64,000 bases of DNA from Bacteroidota bacterium (GTDB lineage Bacteria; Bacteroidota; Ignavibacteria; UBA10030; UBA6906). The notes below the pieces were generated by a model. The model had not been told where the DNA came from. It ran no database searches and saw only the letters and a list, made by a program, of their open reading frames with translations. A program made the position numbers and the translations under genes. Within the stretch, counting starts at the first letter, position 1. The number at the start of each line of letters is the position of its first letter. The DNA lies in contig DATJAS010000044.1 of assembly GCA_035516035.1 (NCBI GenBank), positions 9,026 to 73,025 on the forward strand, written 5' to 3'. Positions 1 through 9,346 of this stretch are shown here, one piece after another.

Positions 1-228
1 GGAACTCCCATTTCAGGGGGTAGACGGCGTCCCGCTTGCGCTGGCACGCGAGTATGCGCCCGTCCTCCCTGAGTATGCCGACGGCGACTTCCTTCATTAA
101 TCGAAGATACGAAAAAACGGGAAATTTAGGAAACAGGGCGGGCCGGCGGCGACGGTTCGGCGGAGGATCAGGAATGCATGTATTAATGGATAACGCTCAA
201 AACGGTTCTCAGACGGAGGAACTACCAG

Positions 229-648
229 ATGGATCTGAGGAAAGAGCTGGTCGGTGAGTACACGGGATCGTTCGCCCCATCGGCGGGGGGAAGCCGGATC
301 GTCGTGAGGAATAGGACGCGGATCTATGAGAGCGACAAGGGGCACCTCTCCTACGTGATTACCGAGCACGTCACGGATCAGCAGAAGCGGGTTTCCAGGA
401 GAGAAACGTACGTCGGCCTCGTGACCGGCAACATCCCGGGGCCCGATGAGGGCGTCTTTCATCTCCACCTGAGCCCCCTGGAGAAGGCCTACAGGGGGGG
501 AAACGACCTCAGGTGCGATTTTCTCTTCAGCGAGGACTTCAACTCCTACTTCCTCGTCTTCACATGGTCGGAAGGGGACCGACAGGTCCAGTTCCGGCTT
601 AAAAAGACCTCATCCAACGGCACAGGAAGGCGGAGGAGGCGGAAGTAG
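229..648 (+). CDS. hypothetical protein (139 aa)
   Basis: ORF in the six-frame track with no recognisable motif. It ends in an Arg/Lys-rich tail. The coding call is weak. Confidence 0.3.
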   Translation: MDLRKELVGEYTGSFAPSAGGSRIVVRNRTRIYESDKGHLSYVITEHVTDQQKRVSRRETYVGLVTGNIPGPDEGVFHLHLSPLEKAYRGGNDLRCDFLFSEDFNSYFLVFTWSEGDRQVQFRLKKTSSNGTGRRRRRK

Positions 649-697
649 CGCACTCCGGCGCGCGATTCACGCAACACCCGGCACAGCCCCCCTTGGC

Positions 698-1171
698 TCA
701 CGAAGTGAACGGCCTCTCCCCCCGGGGAAACGATTCTATCGGGTGGAAATCCCCGTAGACGAAGTTGTGCGTCATCCCGTCGAGGTGCACGTCGTCGATT
801 TCCATTTCAAACAGCTCCTCGACGATGAACCTGTACGCCTCCCGCGCGGGGACGGTCCGGTCGAAGTGAACGGCGATGGCGTGGGCGCTCAGGTGCTCGA
901 GGAGCCGCCGAAGCTCCGCAACCATGAACGCGGGGGGAACCGCTGAGGGGAGTGGCGCCTCTGGATTACCGGCGTAGGCGCGGACGGTGGTCTTCCCCGC
1001 TGCCTGGAACCGGCGCTCGAACTCTTCAACCGTCTGCAGCCACTCGCCGATGACCTCCGGGGGCGCGTCGGCGTCGTTGAACGAAAACCGGGCGCCGTAC
1101 TTCTCCTCCAGTTCCCTCCGTTTCTGCTCGTTCAGCGCCCGCTGAATACGGTCCTGCTGTGTGTCCGCCAT
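698..1171 (-). CDS. hypothetical protein (157 aa)
   Basis: Clean ORF co-directional with the downstream thyA-folA genes. Acidic and coiled-coil-like; I recognise no family. Confidence 0.45.
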   Translation of the reverse strand: MADTQQDRIQRALNEQKRRELEEKYGARFSFNDADAPPEVIGEWLQTVEEFERRFQAAGKTTVRAYAGNPEAPLPSAVPPAFMVAELRRLLEHLSAHAIAVHFDRTVPAREAYRFIVEELFEMEIDDVHLDGMTHNFVYGDFHPIESFPRGERPFTS

Positions 1172-1225
1172 CTGGTCGCTCCGCTCGCTGTTGGTGAGAC
1201 GAGAGCCGGCGCGACCGCGCCCGCG

Positions 1226-1690
1226 CTACCTCCGGACGTAGTCGACGAACTCAAACTCCCCGTGGGATTCACGGGCGACCTCCCTGAAGACCGTGCCCAG
1301 CAGGTGTTCGTACGGGGGGAAGTAGGTGTCTGCCTCCACCTCCCGGTCGACGAGCGTCAGGAAAATCTCGTCCGCCCGCTCCAGGAGCTGCGCATAGACG
1401 CTTCCGCCACCGATTACGAAGACCCGTTCCAGCGCTGCGAGCGCCCGGAGCGCGTCATCCGCCGAGGCGTACGTCTCGACGCCCGGCACGGGAGAGGAGC
1501 TGAGCACAACGTTCCTCCTCCCCGGCAGCGGGCGCCCGATCGACTCCCACGTCTTCCGCCCCATCAGGACGGCGCTTCCCGTGGTCAGCCGCTTGAATCG
1601 CTTCAGGTCCTCACTCAGGTGCCAGGGGAGCTTTCCCCGGGCGCCGATCGCCCGATTGCGTCCCACCGCGGCGATGATGGCAAGCTTCAC
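1226..1690 (-). CDS. folA: dihydrofolate reductase
   Basis: Start MKLAIIAAVGRNRAIGARGKLPWHLSEDLKRFKRLTTG...VLMGRKTWESIG is the classic DHFR N-terminal signature. Size is ~154 aa. Start overlaps the thyA stop by 4 nt (ATGA). Confidence 0.88.
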   Translation of the reverse strand: MKLAIIAAVGRNRAIGARGKLPWHLSEDLKRFKRLTTGSAVLMGRKTWESIGRPLPGRRNVVLSSSPVPGVETYASADDALRALAALERVFVIGGGSVYAQLLERADEIFLTLVDREVEADTYFPPYEHLLGTVFREVARESHGEFEFVDYVRR

Positions 1691-2499
1691 ACCGCCACCT
1701 GGAACTTGATCGGCTCATACGATTCATACCCGACGAGCGTGAAATTTTCGAACTGCAATTCGTCGATCGGTACCCTGTCGATCTTCAGGCGGGGGAGGGG
1801 CTTTGGCGCGCGTGTGAGCTGGAGGCGGAGGCCGTCAATATGGTTGACGTAAATGTGGGCGTCGACGATCGTGTGGCTGAAAATGCCCGGCTCGAGACCC
1901 GTTTCCTGGGCAAGCACCTGTGTCAGGAGTGCGTAGGCCGCCAGGTTGAACGGTATCCCGAGCGCGATATCGCCCGACCGTTGTGTCAGGTGGCAGCAGA
2001 GTCGCCCCTGCTGGACGCTGAACGCGAATGTGTAGTGGCAGGGGGGAAGCTTGCTTTCGGCCGCGTTCCCGGGCTCCCAGGCGGTGACGACCATCCGCCG
2101 AGAGTTCGGGTCCGTCCTCAGAAGCTCCAGCACGCGGCCGATCTGGTCTACCTCCACCACGCGGTATTCCCCTGACGCGGGGTCGATCTGTGCGCTCGGG
2201 AACCGTCGCCAGTACCTCCCGTACGCCGTATCCAGGTTCCCGTTCTCATCGGCCCACGCGTTCCAGATCTTTGTATGTTTCTGGAGGTTCCGGATGTGAT
2301 CTTCGCCGGAGAGGTACCAGAGCACTTCGTAGGCCATCGCCTCGAAGTTCACCTTCTTCGTCGTAAGGAGGGGATATCCCTGCGAGAGGTCCACGCTGTA
2401 GTGTTCAGCGAAGGCGGAGATCGTGTCCACGCCCGTCCTGTTTTTCTTCAGCGTGCCGTGCGTGAGAACCCGTTCGACCAGATCGAGATATTCCCTCAT
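1687..2499 (-). CDS. thyA: thymidylate synthase
   Basis: MREYLDLVERVLTHGTLKKNRTGVDTISAFAEHY... aligns with the ThyA N-terminus [26 protein letters not shown]. I moved the start to the internal Met at 2499; the track ORF runs to 2574. Confidence 0.9.
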   Translation of the reverse strand: MREYLDLVERVLTHGTLKKNRTGVDTISAFAEHYSVDLSQGYPLLTTKKVNFEAMAYEVLWYLSGEDHIRNLQKHTKIWNAWADENGNLDTAYGRYWRRFPSAQIDPASGEYRVVEVDQIGRVLELLRTDPNSRRMVVTAWEPGNAAESKLPPCHYTFAFSVQQGRLCCHLTQRSGDIALGIPFNLAAYALLTQVLAQETGLEPGIFSHTIVDAHIYVNHIDGLRLQLTRAPKPLPRLKIDRVPIDELQFENFTLVGYESYEPIKFQVAV

Positions 2500-2631
2500 T
2501 GCGCTCCCCGCATGTGTGCGTTGCTGGCGTGCGCCCCTGTCACAAATGGTACCAATGCCCCTCCCGAAAATCAATTATTTCAGATTCCCCGCTATGAATC
2601 ATTCCAGCTTCAGCCCTCGCCGTCATGCTCG

Positions 2632-3399
2632 TCATTTCAGTATCCCCCGCTGCAGCGTCCTGACAGCGGCGGCAAATGAGACCAGCGTGAAGATCGCGAA
2701 CGCGGCCGCTTCAGTCGCTACGCGGGCGGTATCCCCCACGCCGATCGTCGCGTAGCGAAGCACGTCCGTGTGCCATGTGAGCGGGTTCACCGTGGCGAAT
2801 ACACGCAGAACGATGGGAAGCCCCGCAACAGGATAAAACAGGCTCGACCCGAACATGAGGAAAAAGTAGACCAGGTTGATGAACGTGTTGAACATGTCGT
2901 TCCGCCTGATGCGGAGGGCGAACGTCGAGAGGAAGAAGAACCACCCGGCGGTCCCCAGCACCACGCCGGGGAGTATCAGCGACGCGGTCTCCCAGCGGAT
3001 TTGTATGCCGAGCAGGAGAGAGGCGAGCCCCACAGTGATCAGCGCCTGCACGATCGCCAGGACGGAATTGAACAGGATCTTCCCGAAGAGAAATTCACCC
3101 CGCGTCATCGGGTACGTGAGGAACTCGTAGAGGATGCCGTTGTCCCTGTCAACGAAGAAGCCATACGACGTGTTGATCGCGAACCCGAATCCCGACATGG
3201 AAAGAACGCCGGCCAGGAAGAACGCGTTATAGCCCACAGTCGCCCCGTCGGCCGTGATCCCTGATCCGAGCGCCCTGTTGAGACCCACCCCGAAGAGGAG
3301 GAGGTAGGAGAGAGGGATGATGAGGTCGGCGAACGCCCATGTCAGGCTCGTTGTCCGGATCAGGAACTCGCGGTACATGACGGCCAGTATCATTCTCAT
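2632..3399 (-). CDS. ABC-2 type transporter permease
   Basis: 255-aa polytopic membrane protein with about 6 hydrophobic helices. It sits immediately downstream of an ABC ATPase with a 4-nt overlap. Confidence 0.7.
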   Translation of the reverse strand: MRMILAVMYREFLIRTTSLTWAFADLIIPLSYLLLFGVGLNRALGSGITADGATVGYNAFFLAGVLSMSGFGFAINTSYGFFVDRDNGILYEFLTYPMTRGEFLFGKILFNSVLAIVQALITVGLASLLLGIQIRWETASLILPGVVLGTAGWFFFLSTFALRIRRNDMFNTFINLVYFFLMFGSSLFYPVAGLPIVLRVFATVNPLTWHTDVLRYATIGVGDTARVATEAAAFAIFTLVSFAAAVRTLQRGILK

Positions 3400-4367
3400 G
3401 GCCGGCCTCCCGTCACCGGCCGGTTCCTGCCGAGGAGACCGATAAAGGCGTCCTCGAGCGAGCCGCTTGAGACCTCGAGTGAGATCAGCGCGCCGATCGT
3501 CCCGGCGACGCGCAACACTTCAAACGGGGAAATGAGCTTCCCGTTCACGGTCATTTCTACGGTCGTGTGGCGGCGCTCGAGGCTCGTCAGGGGGAGGCGG
3601 GCGAGGACGGCATACGCCTCATCGGCAATCGACTCGTACGTGGCGCGGATGGCGATCACCGTGCTGCCCAGCGTCTTGATCCGGTCGGGCGTACCGACTG
3701 CCGCGACTCTCCCCCGGTCGATGATCGCGATCGTGTCGCAAAGCTCCTCCGCCTCCTCGAGCAGGTGCGTCGTCAGGAGAATCGTGCGTCCGCGGCGCGA
3801 TTCCTCCCGGATGGCGTCCAGCGTGGCCCGCCGGTTGATCGGGTCCATCCCCGTGGTCGCCTCGTCGAGGAAGACCACCGGCTTCTCGATCATGAAGACT
3901 TTCGCAACCTGCACGCGGCGCTTGAGGCCGCCGCTAAGGTCGATGACCTTCTTCTTCCTGTACTCCCCGAGGCCAAACTGGGCGATGACGCGCTCTGCCG
4001 CCTGCGGCATGTCTCGCCGGGGAAGTGAATGGAACCGCGCGTATGTGGCCAGGTTGTCCTCGACCGAGAGGAACACCTCGACGGCATTCTCCTGCAGCAC
4101 CGCACAGATATTCTTCCTGACCTCGTACGGTTTTCTCGCAACGTCCAGCCCCAGGAGCGTAGCCCGGCCGGATGTCGGGCGGATGAGCGTCGTGAATATC
4201 CTCAGGAGCGTTGTCTTCCCTGCCCCGTTCTCCCCCAGGAGCCCGAATATCTCCCCCTTCCTCACCGTAATTGAAAGCCCGTCGAGCGCCCGCACAGGCG
4301 AAGCGGACTTCTCGTCATAGACTTTCACGATGTCCACGGCCTCTATGGCCGGGACTTCCTGGTTCAT
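3396..4367 (-). CDS. ABC transporter ATP-binding protein
   Basis: Walker A GENGAGKTTLLRI, ABC signature LSGGLKRRVQVA, and Walker B VVFLDEATTGMD. Confidence 0.88.
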   Translation of the reverse strand: MNQEVPAIEAVDIVKVYDEKSASPVRALDGLSITVRKGEIFGLLGENGAGKTTLLRIFTTLIRPTSGRATLLGLDVARKPYEVRKNICAVLQENAVEVFLSVEDNLATYARFHSLPRRDMPQAAERVIAQFGLGEYRKKKVIDLSGGLKRRVQVAKVFMIEKPVVFLDEATTGMDPINRRATLDAIREESRRGRTILLTTHLLEEAEELCDTIAIIDRGRVAAVGTPDRIKTLGSTVIAIRATYESIADEAYAVLARLPLTSLERRHTTVEMTVNGKLISPFEVLRVAGTIGALISLEVSSGSLEDAFIGLLGRNRPVTGGRP

Positions 4368-4562
4368 GGCGCAAATCTCGGGCGGAATGAGGAAAATTGG
4401 AGAGAATTCACTTGAAATGTATCACGAAACCTCCCAATTATCAAGGAGGAGAGCCCAGACCCTGCGAACAGAGGGATACAGGGCGTAACAATTTCGTAAC
4501 AAACCTGTCAACCTGCCGTAGCAGTATGAAGAAGTACTGTGTAACGCAGAATTGACAACGTC

Positions 4563-6449
4563 ATGAGCCTGATCAATATCCCCCGGCCCGTAAGGGTGGG
4601 GTGTCTCATTGCGGCCCTCTCGGCCGCGGCAACCGCCGGCGAGAAGCAGATTGTCACGCTCAAAGACCTGAGCGACGTGCAGGTCAAGTGCGCCGGCTTC
4701 CAGGTTCCGCAGGAGACGATCGTCCACATCCGCTCGACCGGCGCCGGCTCTGATAACAGGTGGTCGTTCCACGGCAACGACCACGGCGGCGACATGAACA
4801 CCTACTCCTGGATCATCGATGCTGCCACGCGCAACGTCGTCTGGGAGATGACGATGGACAACAGCTCCCGGTCAAAGGACGACAGGACATTCGACGGCAC
4901 CGTGACGCTCCCCGCCGGGGCATACGAGGCCTATATTGCCGCCGCGGTCTTCTCGTACAACTCCGCGTTCACGCACATCACAATGACCGTCGACCACAGG
5001 AAAAATCCTCTCTTTGGCGACGTGAAGACGGAGAAAAGAAACTTCTTCAACTGGATCACGGGTTGGTGGTCCGACGACATCGCCAAGGCATGGAACAAGA
5101 GGTCGAAGAACTGGGAGCTTGACCTCCTCGTGGACGAATCGGTGCCCGTCGCCATGTTTACTCCCCCGAAGGAACGCGACAACGCAGTCATCAAGGCGAC
5201 CGGCCTCGGCGACAACGAGGTCGTCAGGAAGTCGTTTGAGCTCGGCGAGCCCTCTACGCTCTTCATCTACGCCCTGGGCGAGGGGGATCGTGAAAACCAG
5301 CTCTCAGACCACGGGTGGATCGTCAACCAGGCCGACCGTCGCCGGGTCTGGGAGATGCAGCTGCGCAACAGCACCTACGCGGGGGGAGCCGACAAGAACA
5401 TTCGCTACGTCAACACGGTCACGCTGCCGAAAGGGGAATATACGCTCTACTACGTCACGGACGGGACCCACTCCTGCGCCTGCTGGAACGCCAATCCCCC
5501 GTACGACCCGCTGGACTACGGAATCACGGTCGCCATCGACGCGGAGAAGGAGCGGAAGGCGTTCCGGCTGATTCCGAACCAGGAAGACAAGAATGTTATC
5601 GTCAGCCTCATCCACCCGAAGAACAGCGACTACCTCTCTGAAGGGTTCACGCTGAAGAAAGAAGCGCGCGTGCGGGTCTACGCGATCGGCGAGCGCGACA
5701 ACTCGCGCCGGTCAATGGCGGACTTCGGGACGATCATGGACGCCAAGACCCGTGAGAAGGTCTGGACGATGGACGTCGACCGGACCTCGCACGCCGGTGG
5801 CGCCTCGAAGAACCAGTATATCGACGAGATCATCACGCTTCCCCGCGGGAGCTACGTCGTCACGTACACCACCGACGACTCGCACACCTACAACGACTGG
5901 AACGACGACCCGCCGTACGACAAGGAACACTACGGCATCACCGTCATGGGGGTCGGGGAGAACTGGGATCCCTCGGTCGTGGGGAAATACACGGATGAAC
6001 GGGACCGGAACGTGATCGCGCAGATCATCCGCCCCGGAAACGATGTGGACGCGACAAAGCCGTTCTCGCTCGACAGGACGACGCGCATCCGCGTGTACGC
6101 CATCGGAGAGGGGATGGACCGCGAGATGGACGATTACGGGTGGATCGAGGACGCGAGGACAGGCACGGTCATCTGGGAGATGACGTACCGCATGACGTTC
6201 TACGCGGGAGGCGACAGGAAGAACAGGATGGTGAACACGACGCTCATCCTGGACAAGGGGGACTACCGCCTCCGCTTCAAGAGCGACGACTCGCATTCCT
6301 ACGGCGACTGGAACGCCGATCCCCCCGACGACCAGCAGTTCTGGGGAATCACGCTCTACAGGGACGAGTCCACTCCTGGACATCCCGGGCCGGGCGTTCC
6401 CGCACCGCCCAATCCACCGGAGCCTCCTGACGATCAGGACGATAATTGA
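4563..6449 (+). CDS. secreted protein with four ~125-aa tandem internal repeats (unrecognised domain)
   Basis: N-terminal signal-like segment (CLIAALSAAATAGE). There are four repeats, each carrying VWEMT..., AGG(A/D)KN..., TLPxGxY and DDSHxYxDWNxDPPYDxxxYGITV. The C-terminal tail is Pro-rich and acidic. Confidence 0.6.
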   Translation: MSLINIPRPVRVGCLIAALSAAATAGEKQIVTLKDLSDVQVKCAGFQVPQETIVHIRSTGAGSDNRWSFHGNDHGGDMNTYSWIIDAATRNVVWEMTMDNSSRSKDDRTFDGTVTLPAGAYEAYIAAAVFSYNSAFTHITMTVDHRKNPLFGDVKTEKRNFFNWITGWWSDDIAKAWNKRSKNWELDLLVDESVPVAMFTPPKERDNAVIKATGLGDNEVVRKSFELGEPSTLFIYALGEGDRENQLSDHGWIVNQADRRRVWEMQLRNSTYAGGADKNIRYVNTVTLPKGEYTLYYVTDGTHSCACWNANPPYDPLDYGITVAIDAEKERKAFRLIPNQEDKNVIVSLIHPKNSDYLSEGFTLKKEARVRVYAIGERDNSRRSMADFGTIMDAKTREKVWTMDVDRTSHAGGASKNQYIDEIITLPRGSYVVTYTTDDSHTYNDWNDDPPYDKEHYGITVMGVGENWDPSVVGKYTDERDRNVIAQIIRPGNDVDATKPFSLDRTTRIRVYAIGEGMDREMDDYGWIEDARTGTVIWEMTYRMTFYAGGDRKNRMVNTTLILDKGDYRLRFKSDDSHSYGDWNADPPDDQQFWGITLYRDESTPGHPGPGVPAPPNPPEPPDDQDDN

Positions 6450-6457
6450 GACTGCCA

Positions 6458-6487
6458 AAGCCCCGACAATGATGCCGGGGCTTTTTC
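6458..6487 (+). terminator. rho-independent terminator
   Basis: 8-bp stem aagccccg/cggggctt with a 10-nt loop, followed by TTT. It lies 9 nt after the stop of the repeat-protein gene. Confidence 0.6.
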
Positions 6488-6609
6488 ATATCCCTCCGTT
6501 TGACAGATATTCGAAAAGCTTCAATCGCGTACGCAGCGCGATTTGCAGAGTACCTTGAAAGTCGTAAGTCCGGGGACTACATTGCATCGTCGTATCCCTG
6601 GAGGCCATC

Positions 6610-9027
6610 ATGCCGAAGGCCTTGGTTTCTCTCACACTTCTCACCCTCCTCCTTCCCCCATCCGGTTCATCAGCATTACAGCAAGCCGGAGCGACTCTCG
6701 ACACTCAACGTCTCCTCGCCGAAGCCGACTCTCTCCTGAAAATCGGCAATGCGGATAGCGCGGGATCACTCTATTCATCTGTCGCATCAGTGGAGCCCGC
6801 CAATCTGCGCGCGCTCATCGGGCTGGGCAAATCGGCTCTCGGGGTGCGCGACTGGGACCGCGCGGTGGATGCGGCAGATAAGATCTCCGGAATCGATCCG
6901 GCGAGCCTCGCCGGTCACTATATCGAAGCTGTCGCACGCAGGGAGAAGGGTTCAATTGCATTCCGTGAACCGGGCTACTTCGGGCCTTCCATCGTCGGCG
7001 ACTGGGGGCGTGCCCGGCGGCTCTTTACATGGGTGGTGACCCGCGATTCGGGATTTGAGGACATCCTTTGCCAGTTTGCGCTTCTGAACAGGTACGAGGG
7101 GAATAAGCAGGGTGCGCTTGACCTTATTTCCCGGGAGGCGGCTCTCCGCCCCGAACTTATAGAGCCACAGGTGGGAAGATACAGGCTGTATCAGTACTTC
7201 ATCGCGACGGAAGACTCCGCACATGTCGTCGACTGGCTTCGAACGCTCCCGGGGGACCTGCCGCGCTACTTTGTCGGTGAACTCTGGAGGCGCCACGGGA
7301 ACGTTGCGGGGGCCGATTCGGTCTTTAACATGTTGCTTGCCAGGGCCGGTGAAGTCTCTCCCCAGGCTCTCCGTCTCTCCCTGGCGCGTCTCATGATGAA
7401 ACAGGGAAGGGGCGAAGAGGCCGAGAAGGAATACTGGAAGGGCATACATTCGGCCAACACCAGGCTCGGACTCGCGTTGCTGCTCGAAGACGTGAAATAT
7501 ATCATCTCAGACCAGGAGCTCTATCTCTTCAGGAGCATCGATTCGGTGAGCGGGCAGAGGCAGTTTTTCAGGAGTTTCTGGAACTTCAGGAATCCTTCGC
7601 TGGCCCTGAAGACGAATCAGCGGCTCCAGGACCACGTTCGCCGTTTCGTGTATGCCGAGGAGCATTTCGAATACTATGGCGCACGCACTCGGTTTAACAA
7701 TCCTGACAGGCAAAAGGAGCTGCGATTCCCCGCCGCATTCGCGCTGAACGAGAGATTTAACGACAAGGGTCTCATCTATATTCGCCAGGGTGATCCCGAT
7801 GATGTAATACGTCACAGCTATGCACCGTTTGACGACGAGAATTCTAAAGGCGAGGGCTTTGTTGCTCCACTGCCGAGGCATATCGTCACAAACTACGGCG
7901 CGCCGACCCCGGACGAGCAAATGCATGCAATCGAGAAGGCACAGAGGGACTATGACGCCCACTGGCTCTTGTCGTACGCCCATGACGAATTCGAATCATG
8001 GCTCTACGATGCCACGCCCGAATCGCCAAGGATGGTGTTCCATTTCCAGATGCACAACGCGGTCAGGAACAACTGGAGGCTGGTCCCCATACCCGCTCTG
8101 GACGCGATGCTGGACGAACTGGGCGTCTGGGATTCGAAATACACGCGAATGTACGATGGCATGGAAGTGGAGAGATCCGTGCTGCAGGCGCAGATCAGCA
8201 ATGATTCGCGGGACATCGTGCGGTATGCGCTTTCGACGGAACGCCAGACCTGGGCTAAAGCGACTGAGGTATTTCACTTTCCCCACGCCATCGACGTGTT
8301 CCGGGCGCCACGGGGGCAGTGTCTTGTCGATGTAAGCTATGCGATTCCGCTCGCGGCACTGTCGCGCTCCGTCCCCGATACCGTGAAATCAATCCCCGTG
8401 GAAGTGGGTTTTTCGCTCGTCGACGCCAAATCGCTGCACGCCGCAAGCCAGCTTGATACGATTCAAGTGAGTCTTTCACGGTCTCGCACCGGGATGCTCC
8501 TCGATCTTGTGAGGTACACCGTCCCGCCGGACTCCTATGCCGTCTCCATGCATTTACGACCCCTCGTGGGAGACAAAATCGCGACATGGAGAGAGAAACT
8601 GCGTGCCAGTGACTTCTCACGCCCGGGCCTCAGGGTTAGTTCAATACAACTCTTGAGACCATCTCCTGAAAAAGGCGCACTTGACATTGACGGCGTGAAA
8701 GTTGTCCAGAGTCCCCTTTCAACACATGTCAGGACCGAGAAGCTCCTGGTTTATTTCCAGATGTACCATCTTGTGGCTGACGTAGACGGTGTCACTTCCT
8801 ATCGGACAGAATGCACACTTCAGCCGTTCGACGACCCCGACCCGGCGAAAGGGATTCTCGTTTATTCGAAGGACAAGACAGGGTCCGAGGAGATGGCCGC
8901 GCAGTTCTGCCAGATCGATGTGCACTACGTTCCCGCCGGTCACTACCGGCTCATCGTCAAAGCCACAGATCGAAAACGCGTGGAATCGTGTGTCGCTGAA
9001 CGTGAGCTGCATCTTGTCAAGCCGTAA
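6610..9027 (+). CDS. secreted TPR-like protein with divergent GWxTD-like domain
   Basis: Signal peptide MPKALVSLTLLTLLLPPSGSSA and TPR-like N-terminus. The middle segment FWNFRNPSLALKTNQRLQDHVRRFVYAEEHF...NERFNDKGLIYIRQGDPDD matches the GWxTD-domain pattern as I recall it, with GW replaced by RF. Confidence 0.4.
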   Translation: MPKALVSLTLLTLLLPPSGSSALQQAGATLDTQRLLAEADSLLKIGNADSAGSLYSSVASVEPANLRALIGLGKSALGVRDWDRAVDAADKISGIDPASLAGHYIEAVARREKGSIAFREPGYFGPSIVGDWGRARRLFTWVVTRDSGFEDILCQFALLNRYEGNKQGALDLISREAALRPELIEPQVGRYRLYQYFIATEDSAHVVDWLRTLPGDLPRYFVGELWRRHGNVAGADSVFNMLLARAGEVSPQALRLSLARLMMKQGRGEEAEKEYWKGIHSANTRLGLALLLEDVKYIISDQELYLFRSIDSVSGQRQFFRSFWNFRNPSLALKTNQRLQDHVRRFVYAEEHFEYYGARTRFNNPDRQKELRFPAAFALNERFNDKGLIYIRQGDPDDVIRHSYAPFDDENSKGEGFVAPLPRHIVTNYGAPTPDEQMHAIEKAQRDYDAHWLLSYAHDEFESWLYDATPESPRMVFHFQMHNAVRNNWRLVPIPALDAMLDELGVWDSKYTRMYDGMEVERSVLQAQISNDSRDIVRYALSTERQTWAKATEVFHFPHAIDVFRAPRGQCLVDVSYAIPLAALSRSVPDTVKSIPVEVGFSLVDAKSLHAASQLDTIQVSLSRSRTGMLLDLVRYTVPPDSYAVSMHLRPLVGDKIATWREKLRASDFSRPGLRVSSIQLLRPSPEKGALDIDGVKVVQSPLSTHVRTEKLLVYFQMYHLVADVDGVTSYRTECTLQPFDDPDPAKGILVYSKDKTGSEEMAAQFCQIDVHYVPAGHYRLIVKATDRKRVESCVAERELHLVKP

Positions 9028-9095
9028 CCGAATCATTTCAAAATATGTCAATTGAGAGGACGCACGCTACCGATGTCGATTTCTTCCTGCTTTGC

Positions 9096-9124
9096 TTGAC
9101 ATTTGCAGAGAGCCGTGCTACAAT
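9096..9124 (+). promoter_or_regulatory. consensus sigma-70 type promoter (TTGACA-17 nt-TACAAT)
   Basis: Perfect -35 TTGACA at 9096-9101, a 17-nt spacer, and a perfect -10 TACAAT at 9119-9124. It is ~220 nt upstream of the HlyD-family gene start, with a GGAGG/AAGGA RBS before the ATG at 9347. Confidence 0.5.
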
Positions 9125-9346
9125 GGGCTCAGCTTACCGCATCTATCTCCCACCTCACGGAGAACACGAGCCCTGAATTGATATCGAGTTCTTAGAATCT
9201 CGAAGATCAACATGGACTCTGTTCCACCTCGCTACTCCCGAGAAACTCACTCGATCATCTGGCCTGGCCCAGCCCCGCCTGGTGATGGAGCCAGCGTGCT
9301 ATAGTACGCGCCCCCGCTTCGCTGCCACGACACACGAGGTGTAAGG

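Noticed and set aside
97-468. 123-aa minus-strand ORF at the window start overlapping the 229-648 plus ORF
   Set aside because: Neither has motifs. I kept only the plus ORF at low confidence because of its more protein-like composition.
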